A stretch of 64,000 nucleotides of DNA from Verrucomicrobiia bacterium (GTDB lineage Bacteria; Verrucomicrobiota; Verrucomicrobiia; Limisphaerales; UBA1319), in the NCBI GenBank assembly GCA_963664225.1, contig OY760937.1:1408001-1472000 (forward strand), read 5' to 3'. The notes below the pieces were generated by a model. It had not been told where the DNA came from. It ran no database searches and saw nothing but the letters and a program-made list of their open reading frames with translations. Each line of letters opens with the position of its first letter. Within the stretch, counting starts at the first letter, position 1. A program made the position numbers and the translations under genes. This document shows positions 31,514-39,783 of this stretch, piece by piece.

Positions 31514-31561
31514 AATAAAACGGGCTCTGGAATGTCCCCTGCTAAACATCACCAGAGCCCG
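31514..31561 (-). terminator. Probable terminator of the cupredoxin/CHRD gene
   Basis: 10-bp stem CGGGCTCTGG/CCAGAGCCCG followed by TTTTATT on the minus strand; the 21-nt loop is long. Confidence 0.55.
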
Positions 31562-31591
31562 CGCTTGCCTTGGATTGTACGCAAGGCAAAT

Positions 31592-34500
31592 TCAATACTT
31601 CAGCAGTACTTGTCCGCGGATTTCACCTCCGCCATTAATTGTGGTGTGAATGTTGACATAGGTCATGCCGGTCACGATATCAGCCAGCCAGTCGGCGGTC
31701 AGGCTCGCGGTTCCCGAAAGGGTTCCTGAGGTTCCCGCGGCGCCCACCAATGGAAAGAGCACCCCGGCTGGTAGTGTGACATTGGCTGGACCGTGAATGT
31801 GAGAGGCCGTGGCGTCGGAGGTCAGGCCCGAATAACGGATCGAATAGGTCAGGTTGGTTCCACTCAGAGACAAATTACCGCTTCCGGTGCCTGGAGAGGC
31901 CACCGGAGGCACTTCGGATACCCCGTTGAGGTCCACTGTGAATTGCCAGGGCAACACCTGCCCTCGGATTTCCCCGCCTGGATGCAGGCTGGTATGAATG
32001 TTGACGTATGTTAAGCCGGACAGCAGATCGTTGAGTTCGACAGGTGTCAAGGGTGCCTGGCCCGTTAGCGTGCCAGAGGTGCCACTTGCTCCGGTAAACG
32101 GAATGAGCACCGACGCATTGGTGGTGACATCTGCCGGTCCGTGGATATGTGCCGCCGTGGCGGCCGCCGACAAATTGGCGTAGTCGATATCGTAGAACAT
32201 CTGATCGCCAACCATTGTCAGCCAGCCATCGGCAGTGCCTGTGGTGCTGACCGCTGGCACCTCCGAGCTTCCTGACATGGCAATGGGGATGCGCAAGGGC
32301 ACAACCTGTCCGCGAATTTCTCCCGCCCCGTGAGCCGGGGTGTGGATGTTTACGTAGGCCAGACCCGAAAAGATCGTGGCCAGTTCATTGGAGGTCAGTG
32401 TGTGAGTCCCCGACAACACTCCGGAGGTCCCCGAGGCGCCGCTCAGAGGAAAGAGGACATTGGCGGGTTGCGTTGCATCCGCCGGACCGTGGATATGCGC
32501 AGCAGCCGCATCACCCGACAAACCGGTATAGCTGATATGATAAGAGAGTTGAGTGCCTTCCAGCGAAAGGCTGCCCACCCCGGTGGCGTCAGTAACGACC
32601 GCTGGCACCTCCGTGGGGCCGCTGAGGAGCACGGACAGCGGAATGACGATGTTTGTGGCCTTATCCATGACCCGGTAGAAACCGGTTGGACCGTCCTTGG
32701 GCACCGTCACATAGAGACTGTGCGTCGTTAAGACATTGAACCAGTTCGTGTCAGTGAGCGCGTCTTTTCTTTGAAGCAGGTATGGTGCGGTCCCGCCCAT
32801 CCAACTGATGGTCACCGCCACTCCATTATTCACCACGCTGGTGATCTTCACGGCCGGTGTGGCGGAAATGCTCCCAAACAATCCGTGATCCTCCAGGCTG
32901 CCGCCTGCGGCAATTCCGGCGGTGAAGTAGAGTCGATTGGCATCGCCACCACGCCCGCCATTGCCGAACTTGAGTCCCCAAAGGCCCTGCACGGATATGG
33001 GGCTGCCATTGGGTTCGCTCAATACGCCAAGAACGGCGCCCGTGTTTGGGTCTAAGGCGTTGACGCGACCATCGCCAAAGTTTCCAATTAACAGGGCGCC
33101 GCTGAATGTTCCAAACCCCGCCGGAGCCAAAGCCATGCCCCAGGGTGAATTGAGCGACCCATTTGAAATCAACCGTTTGATCAAATTGCCCGACGTATCG
33201 AACACATCGACATATCCATTGCCGGGCCCCGGGACGTCATCGTGCGCCTGATCGTCTTGAAGGGCGTAGGTCACGTAAATAATGCCTGATATGGATTCAA
33301 TCCCAAATGGCGCATAGCCTGCGGGGATGGTGGGATCTGCGAATGTTGGCGCAATGTTGACGATGTGGCTGAAGTTGCCATCGAACACGTCCACCTTTCC
33401 ATTGTGGAAGTCCGCGGCATAGAGGAATTGGCTCCCGCCATTGTTGGCAATGGCCAGTCCTTTATAAACCGCTCCGGACGCCGAATTGTCCACCTTGATC
33501 TCGGCATTGGTTCCCGTGTTCCATCCCGATATGGTCCCATCCTCTGTGGCAAATATGAAACGGGCCGGTGTGGTGCCCACCAGGAAGTTTGTGCCCTGGT
33601 TGAAGACGATGCCCGTCGGAGAACCTGGCGGGTTGCCACCGGTGGCCGGCGGCACATCCACGATTAGCGAAAGGATTGTCCCCGCCGTGTCATAGAGAGT
33701 CGAGAATCCGGAGTGGTTGTCTGAAATCCAGAAAGGACTGCTACCGCTGATGGCTATGCCCCACGGATTGACCAGGTTTGCATCCACATGATCGGCAATG
33801 CCAGGCAGATCGGAAACCAGGTTGTGCGGTGTATAGGCTGCCGTGTCCGTGACGATCACCGTTACGGGGGCGGAAACCTTGCTGTCACCTCTTGCGTCAA
33901 CAGCCTTGGCCGTAATTTGGTAATTGCCTGCCGGCACATTGCTCCAAGTCAGGCTGAAGGGACTTGCGTTGGCCACCCCTATGGAATTCGTTCCCACAAA
34001 AAACTCCACCTGGCTGATGGTCCCGTTGGTCTCTGAAGCCGAGGCTTGGAGAGAAATGTTGGCCGGCAGAAGAAACAACGCGCCGCCGCCGGGCCGGGTG
34101 ATCTGAACCACTGGAAAACTGTTGACTTGAATCGTGACCGGTGCCGAGACAGCGCTTACCGACTGATTGTCCGTGGCTTTCGCTGTAAGAACGTGCGAAC
34201 CGACCGCCATGTTTGTGACGATCAGGCTGTAGGGCGCAGTCGATATGCTGCCGAGGGAATTGGTGCCGTCAAAAAACGCAACCGTGCTGATGCTGTTATC
34301 GGCGTTCGTCGCCGTCGCCGTTATGGTCACGTTGACTGGCGCGGTCAGCACTGCGCCATCAAGCGGATCTGTGATCGCAACCGAGGGGGCGGTGTTGGTG
34401 CCCAGCACTGTAATGGATCCATGCATGGTCAAAGGATGCTGGGTGCAATGATATGGAAAAGTCCCGGCAGTATTAAACGTAAATGGAAAGGTCTGATCCA

Positions 34501-35293
34501 GGCTCAGGAGTCCGGAATCCCAAACAGGCGGAATGGCATCGCTCGTGCTCGTATGCTGAATGGAATCTTTTTGCGTCCACTTCACGGTGTCGCCCACGTT
34601 GATCGTTACGGCGGACGGTACGAATGCAAATCCCTGAATCAGGACGTCATGAGTGGTGCCGGACGGTGCGCTGTTGACTTGGATGGTCACTGGCGATGAA
34701 ACACTGCTGAGGCTCTGGCTATCGGTTGCTTTGGCTGTTAGCACATGGGAACCGACCGCCATGTTCGTGACGGTCAGGCTGTAGGGCGCAGTCGAAATGC
34801 TGCCGAGGGAGTTGGAGCCATCAAAGAACTCGACCATGCTGATGGTGTTGTCGGCACTGGAGGCCGTCGCCGTCACGGTCACATTTGTGGGCGCGATTAC
34901 GATTGCTCCATCTAGCGGATCTGTGATCTGCACGGTGGGAGGGACTATCACCGCTCCCTGAACAGTGACCAATCCGTGCATGGTCGCCGCATGTGGTATG
35001 CAATGGTATGGAAAAGTTCCGGCCGTATTAAACGTAAATGAGAAGGTCTGATCCAGACTCAAGAACGGGGAACTCCAATCTGGCGGTGATGCATCGCTCG
35101 TGCTGGTATGCATGATGGCGTCCTTTTGAGTCCAGGTCACCGTTTCTCCCACGTTTACGGTGACATCAGCTGGCACGAACTTGAATCCTTGTATCAGGAC
35201 GGATTGATTAGCGCCATTTACGGAGGCGCTTTGGGTCAGCAGGACACATAAGGACACGGCCTGCCAGACTGCGTTCACTCGGATGGTTTTCAT
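31592..35293 (-). CDS. Large secreted multidomain protein: 2x cupredoxin, 3x Ig-like, TIGR03118-type domain, 'FYRV' domain and 3x CHRD
   Basis: Two H...YHCxxH...M type-1 copper sites; Ig-like VxITxPxxG..VEFF repeats; NLVSD..NLVNPWGIA..PFWISDN; three AHIHGPA/YVNIHT/GEIRGQ sets. Confidence 0.88.
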   Translation of the reverse strand: MKTIRVNAVWQAVSLCVLLTQSASVNGANQSVLIQGFKFVPADVTVNVGETVTWTQKDAIMHTSTSDASPPDWSSPFLSLDQTFSFTFNTAGTFPYHCIPHAATMHGLVTVQGAVIVPPTVQITDPLDGAIVIAPTNVTVTATASSADNTISMVEFFDGSNSLGSISTAPYSLTVTNMAVGSHVLTAKATDSQSLSSVSSPVTIQVNSAPSGTTHDVLIQGFAFVPSAVTINVGDTVKWTQKDSIQHTSTSDAIPPVWDSGLLSLDQTFPFTFNTAGTFPYHCTQHPLTMHGSITVLGTNTAPSVAITDPLDGAVLTAPVNVTITATATNADNSISTVAFFDGTNSLGSISTAPYSLIVTNMAVGSHVLTAKATDNQSVSAVSAPVTIQVNSFPVVQITRPGGGALFLLPANISLQASASETNGTISQVEFFVGTNSIGVANASPFSLTWSNVPAGNYQITAKAVDARGDSKVSAPVTVIVTDTAAYTPHNLVSDLPGIADHVDANLVNPWGIAISGSSPFWISDNHSGFSTLYDTAGTILSLIVDVPPATGGNPPGSPTGIVFNQGTNFLVGTTPARFIFATEDGTISGWNTGTNAEIKVDNSASGAVYKGLAIANNGGSQFLYAADFHNGKVDVFDGNFSHIVNIAPTFADPTIPAGYAPFGIESISGIIYVTYALQDDQAHDDVPGPGNGYVDVFDTSGNLIKRLISNGSLNSPWGMALAPAGFGTFSGALLIGNFGDGRVNALDPNTGAVLGVLSEPNGSPISVQGLWGLKFGNGGRGGDANRLYFTAGIAAGGSLEDHGLFGSISATPAVKITSVVNNGVAVTISWMGGTAPYLLQRKDALTDTNWFNVLTTHSLYVTVPKDGPTGFYRVMDKATNIVIPLSVLLSGPTEVPAVVTDATGVGSLSLEGTQLSYHISYTGLSGDAAAAHIHGPADATQPANVLFPLSGASGTSGVLSGTHTLTSNELATIFSGLAYVNIHTPAHGAGEIRGQVVPLRIPIAMSGSSEVPAVSTTGTADGWLTMVGDQMFYDIDYANLSAAATAAHIHGPADVTTNASVLIPFTGASGTSGTLTGQAPLTPVELNDLLSGLTYVNIHTSLHPGGEIRGQVLPWQFTVDLNGVSEVPPVASPGTGSGNLSLSGTNLTYSIRYSGLTSDATASHIHGPANVTLPAGVLFPLVGAAGTSGTLSGTASLTADWLADIVTGMTYVNIHTTINGGGEIRGQVLLKY

Positions 35294-35342
35294 AGTCAAT
35301 TTATGTTTGTGTGGTCACTGGTGATTCTCCTTCACCACGAAC

Positions 35343-35373
35343 ATAAGAAGCTCGAAACACACTTTTGTTCCCG
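35343..35373 (-). promoter_or_regulatory. Putative ECF-sigma promoter upstream of the cupredoxin/CHRD gene
   Basis: Minus strand CGGGAAC-aaaagtgtgtttcgagc-TTCTTAT (17-nt spacer). Confidence 0.75.
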
Positions 35374-35585
35374 AGTTCGCAATTCTTTATCAACCCGCGA
35401 CGAATGTTTTTAGTATTACGTAACATCTTTAACATGAGCTGTTTGTGGCAATCTTGAAGCGATGAACCTGTCGCATGGTTGAAAAATAATGATAAGAATA
35501 ATGCAATGTATTCATAAAATGATATAATGCTACGATACCGGGAAATAACCGGGCTTTTGGATCAGTGTAAAAATTCCGGGGACTC

Positions 35586-35616
35586 CGGGAACATTTTGGA
35601 CACTGAGGTTTCTTAC
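35586..35616 (+). promoter_or_regulatory. Putative autoregulatory ECF-sigma promoter
   Basis: CGGGAAC-attttggacactgaggt-TTCTTAC (17-nt spacer), ending 16 nt before the sigma ATG. Confidence 0.78.
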
Positions 35617-35632
35617 TTGCGATGACACGATT

Positions 35633-36163
35633 ATGGCTTCCGACCTGGATTTTGAAGAGCTGGTTAATCTCTATTATCAGCCACTTTATAGATTTGCACT
35701 GAGTCTTACCCGGGCCGAAACCGATGCGTGCGATCTGACTCAACAGACCTTTTATGTTTATCAGACTAAGGGAAACCAATTGCGAGACCACGCAAAAGTC
35801 AAAGCGTGGCTCTTTACGACCATGCAGCGGGAATTTTTAAATTCGAAACGACGTTTTATACGCTTTCCGCATCTGTCGCTGGAGCAAATGGATGGAGAAC
35901 TGGCCTCGACGGATTCTGAAGTCTTCGAGCATCTGGATACTGAAACCGTGCTCGAGGCCCTCGCCAAAGTCGATGAGCCTCATCATGCGGCATTGGCCCT
36001 ATTCTATCTTGAAGATTATTCCTACAAGGAAATAACCGAAATATTGGGCATTCCCATTGGAACCGTTAAATCCCGCCTGGCACGGGGCATCTCGCAACTG
36101 CGTCAATTCCTCACCGAGGTTAATACCCTGTCTTCACCTGCAGCAAGGAAACAAAATGAATAA
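35633..36163 (+). CDS. ECF RNA polymerase sigma factor
   Basis: Region 2 (DACDLTQQTF, KAWLFT) and region 4 (YSYKEITEILGIPIGTVKSRLARG). Confidence 0.95.
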   Translation: MASDLDFEELVNLYYQPLYRFALSLTRAETDACDLTQQTFYVYQTKGNQLRDHAKVKAWLFTTMQREFLNSKRRFIRFPHLSLEQMDGELASTDSEVFEHLDTETVLEALAKVDEPHHAALALFYLEDYSYKEITEILGIPIGTVKSRLARGISQLRQFLTEVNTLSSPAARKQNE

Positions 36164-36893
36164 TCTGGAGGCCATGGAAACGCTCAGATCTTACCGGGCC
36201 GGTGTGGATGATGACAACGATCCGGATATTTCGAGGGCCTTGGCGCAGGTTCGGCAGGATTCCGAGTTGGAGCGGTGGTTTGAACAGCATCGGGCCTTCA
36301 ACAGCCGGGTGAAGGATCAACTGCGCAAGATTGAACCTCCACTGGGCCTGAGAGAAAAAATTCTTGCCGGCCGGTTGCCTTCAAAAGTGGTGGTGGTGTG
36401 GTGGAGACGCCCGGAGTTGCTGGCCATGGCAGCCGCTGTGGTCCTGTTGATCAGTCTGACCGGTTTCCTGATTTCCTCCGCCAATCACAACACTCTGAAC
36501 GTTTACCGCGCCCGCATGGCCAAGTTCGCCCTGCGCGAATATCGAATGAATCTGGTCACCAATGATTTGACACAAATTCGCAACTATCTTGCCGGGCATG
36601 GTTCGCCAGCGGATTACACGTTAAACCCAGCTCTGGAAAAATTGCCGGGTGCGGGTTGCGCCCTGCTCAAATGGCAGAACCAGCCGGTATCGCTCATCTG
36701 CTTTCGCCTCGAACACGATGATTTGCTGTGGCTGTTTGTTGTCAATCGCGCTGCAGTCCCCGGCGCCCCGGCCACCACCGCACCTCAGCTTCAGCAGGTG
36801 GGCAAGCTTGCCACTGCGACTTGGAGCCGCCAGGGCACAACCTATCTCCTCGGCGTGATTGGCGATCGACAATCCATCGAAAAGTACTTGTGA
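36156..36893 (+). CDS. Membrane-anchored anti-sigma factor
   Basis: Overlaps the sigma stop; N-terminal helical domain, one TM (LLAMAAAVVLLISLTGFLI) and a periplasmic domain containing GCALL..VSLICF. Confidence 0.8.
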   Translation: MNNLEAMETLRSYRAGVDDDNDPDISRALAQVRQDSELERWFEQHRAFNSRVKDQLRKIEPPLGLREKILAGRLPSKVVVVWWRRPELLAMAAAVVLLISLTGFLISSANHNTLNVYRARMAKFALREYRMNLVTNDLTQIRNYLAGHGSPADYTLNPALEKLPGAGCALLKWQNQPVSLICFRLEHDDLLWLFVVNRAAVPGAPATTAPQLQQVGKLATATWSRQGTTYLLGVIGDRQSIEKYL

Positions 36894-37019
36894 CGATTTA
36901 CGGATCGGTTGCACGTCAAAAGTGGTGGGGAATGCGGATCAACTTTGAAACCGGTCTAAAGTCCTCCGTGTTCGGCCTTGGTGGGCGCGACCATGAATTA
37001 ATCTGAATGAAAACGAAAT

Positions 37020-37472
37020 ATGCTTATGAAAAAACAAAAACTTGGAACTAATGTCCGTCTACAACGGTCTGCCGCCTTGCCGCTGGGACCCATCCTGATC
37101 TTTTGCCTGGCGATCGGCCTGCATATGGGCAAGGCTGCGGAACCCGATCTCAGCAAACTGCCTCCTGCGTTGGACAAGAAGGGGATCACTTTCGAAAAGG
37201 ACATTCGCCCCATCCTTGCAAAGAATTGCATCCGGTGCCATGGAGAGAAGAACCCCAAGGGCAAGCTGCGACTTGACAGCTTGGAAGCGGCTCTGAAGGG
37301 TGGGGAGGATGGCAAGGTCATTGAAGTCGGCAACGGTGCCAAAAGCCCGATTGTTCAGTTCACCGCCCGCTTGAATGAAGACGACGCCATGCCGCCAACG
37401 AACAAGGGAAACCCGCTCACCAGAGAACAGGTGGCATTGCTGCGCGCCTGGATCGATCAGGGGGCCAAATAA
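37020..37472 (+). CDS. Planctomycete-type cytochrome c domain protein
   Basis: TFEKDIRPIL..CIRCHG..KGKLRLD..MPP..WIDQGA; signal peptide. Confidence 0.9.
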   Translation: MLMKKQKLGTNVRLQRSAALPLGPILIFCLAIGLHMGKAAEPDLSKLPPALDKKGITFEKDIRPILAKNCIRCHGEKNPKGKLRLDSLEAALKGGEDGKVIEVGNGAKSPIVQFTARLNEDDAMPPTNKGNPLTREQVALLRAWIDQGAK

Positions 37473-37476
37473 TGGC

Positions 37477-38412
37477 TTATTGATCGACGCTCATGTGTTC
37501 GCCAACCCATTGAAAATCGTCCAATTCGTTCGATGGGATCGGTATCGGCAATGGTGCTGCATCAGGCTGGTTGGCCGGGCGGGAGAGGGCGTATTTCCAA
37601 TGGTGTTTCTCCGCATGGCCGTCCGCAAAAGAAAAATTGGCGGCCCCATTATGATAGGACGCTGGCAAATGAACCCACTCCAACTCGTCTGAATTAATGT
37701 AAAAATACCCATCTCCGATGCTGTCGGGGTGTTCGTCCAGGATGACAAAGATCGAGGTGGGTTTGGGAATATCGGACATCACCATGAACTGCCTGTAACC
37801 CGGATTGAGTATGTTGCCTCCATTCTGCACATTCGGCCCAGCATCGCCCACCATGGCGTTCATTGAAACGCTGCGAACACGCGAGGACCATCCCGCCTGC
37901 CGCTGTATGGAACTCAGGACCTTGTCAGCCGGGCATTGGAAGATGTCCGGCGAACGGCCCAGATAGGGGCTTAGCGGGCTTTGGACCATGAAGAGGGTGT
38001 TGGTATTATCCGGGTCCAATTCCCACGTCATCACATTGTTCACCCAGTTCTTTTCCCGGTTGGCAGGGGGAATCCGCTGCCGCCGATCCAGTCCCAGGTT
38101 ATACACCAGTCGGTCGTTACTATCTGCCGCATAAAGAGTCCATGAAAACAGGAGCTGTTTGGTATTGTTTAAACAGGCAATGCCTCTTGCCTGGGCCTTG
38201 GATTTGGCCAAAACAGGCAACAAAAGTGACGCCAGAATGGCAATGATCGCAATGACGACCAGCAACTCAATCAATGTGAAGCCTTCGCCGCGATTTGACA
38301 CCCTGACTCGGCGCAGGCTGGACCGTGCGGTGGATGAACGCGTAAGCAGAACATCTAAAGCATTCCATGTTGTTCTCTTATGCAGCAGGATTTTCACAGA
38401 AACAACCACCAT
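37477..38412 (-). CDS. Prepilin-type N-terminal cleavage/methylation protein with H-X9-DG motif; start uncertain, possibly the GTG at 38301
   Basis: [31 protein letters not shown] and [14 protein letters not shown] motifs. Confidence 0.9.
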   Translation of the reverse strand: MVVVSVKILLHKRTTWNALDVLLTRSSTARSSLRRVRVSNRGEGFTLIELLVVIAIIAILASLLLPVLAKSKAQARGIACLNNTKQLLFSWTLYAADSNDRLVYNLGLDRRQRIPPANREKNWVNNVMTWELDPDNTNTLFMVQSPLSPYLGRSPDIFQCPADKVLSSIQRQAGWSSRVRSVSMNAMVGDAGPNVQNGGNILNPGYRQFMVMSDIPKPTSIFVILDEHPDSIGDGYFYINSDELEWVHLPASYHNGAANFSFADGHAEKHHWKYALSRPANQPDAAPLPIPIPSNELDDFQWVGEHMSVDQ

Positions 38413-38529
38413 TACTAAACATCACCATTCATTGGGTGTCAAATGGCCGCCCGACTCTTCTCCGCGGGATCGAAACCGCGTTGAGAGCAGGGGACTGCCG
38501 CGCTAAACACGAAGATGCCTGCGGGAAGG

Positions 38530-39405
38530 TTACTTGGACGCACCGGTTGCCTTGAGCAATTCACTGACCAACAAATCTGTGGTATCGCCTCCAAACCGCC
38601 ACAAAGTTCGCAGCTGGCCATTGTTGTCAAATACAGCCGTGGCAAAATCGTGGGAATAGGAACCCCCGTCATTCGTGATTGAAACGCCAAACCCGCGGGC
38701 CAATTCCCGTATATGCTCCGGGTTTCCCGTCAGGAAACTCCAATGATTCGAAGCGTAGTGGTACTGATTTCCATAGGCCCGCAGGACATCAGGCCGGTCC
38801 ATCGGATCGAACGAAACGGAAAGCAACTGCCAATTCGTCGGCCCGTTGGTCATGGCCGTGAGTTTTTCACTCGCGCCCTCGAAATTCTTGGATAACCGCG
38901 GACAGAATTCCGGCAACGGGCAGCGCGTGAAGAAGAAAGTCAGCGCAACTGCTTTGCCCTTATAACCATGCAAACTGACCGGTTGGTTGAATTCATTGGT
39001 CAGCGCGAAGTCCGGAATATTGGTAATGCTGAACGTTCGATTGGATTGGGTCTGCGAATCCTGGAGCGGGGACTTCGCCAGGGCGGGAAAAGTTTTTCCG
39101 GTTTTGGTCACATGGTCGATCCAGCTTTCGTTTTCAGTAACCAGCAGACGAAAATTGACTTCATCGCCTGCCGCCACACCCGCCAAATCCTGCGGCTGTT
39201 TCACCACAAACGGCATCGTCATGGCGGCCATGTAGTTAGAAACCGCTTCATGCTTGATCACAGCAGTCATGCCATCGGGTTTTAACTGCACGACGACGCC
39301 CCTGGCCTGGAACACACGCGGATTGGAACCGGACTCTGATTCCTTCTGGCAGGAAACCGCAAGTGTCAACAACACGATCAGTGCGAGGATGGAGAATTTG
39401 TTCAT
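38530..39405 (-). CDS. Lipoprotein with a CusF-like copper-binding domain fused to a SCO1/SenC domain
   Basis: Lipobox LAVSC; KHE..YMAAMTMPF (CusF-like); FFFTRCPLPEFCP and YSHDF (SCO Cys/His ligands). Confidence 0.88.
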   Translation of the reverse strand: MNKFSILALIVLLTLAVSCQKESESGSNPRVFQARGVVVQLKPDGMTAVIKHEAVSNYMAAMTMPFVVKQPQDLAGVAAGDEVNFRLLVTENESWIDHVTKTGKTFPALAKSPLQDSQTQSNRTFSITNIPDFALTNEFNQPVSLHGYKGKAVALTFFFTRCPLPEFCPRLSKNFEGASEKLTAMTNGPTNWQLLSVSFDPMDRPDVLRAYGNQYHYASNHWSFLTGNPEHIRELARGFGVSITNDGGSYSHDFATAVFDNNGQLRTLWRFGGDTTDLLVSELLKATGASK

Positions 39406-39783
39406 AACATCATGCGCCCGTTTAGCTTAAGAGGATTCTTCGAAATCCGAAAGGCTCATCAGTTCAGAGTTCCCTGCATGCTTTTCCAAGGCGATTTCCA
39501 TCTCGGAAACCGTTGCAATATATCACATCTTTCGCATCGTTCCTGACAAAATACTTTATACCGCAAGGAGTGTATTTTTGCGTTCAACCGGTTGACCGCG
39601 GGTTGAATGCTGGTCAACCGGGTTGATTTCAGGAAACGAGAGACAATAGACGAAGACTTATTGGAAGAGGAGAGAATGTGAGGAAGAAGGGGAAGGGGGG
39701 AATTGACGGAACTTCTCAAATAACCATCATTGGCGGAGCAGGTTGAGAGGGTCAGGAAAAGAGACTGGCGATATTGGGCACTT

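Noticed and set aside
39425..39510. CTGATGA on the minus strand suggesting a hammerhead ribozyme or fluoride riboswitch
   Set aside because: There is no GAAA core with a paired stem II, and the fluoride P1 and pseudoknot pairings are not satisfied.
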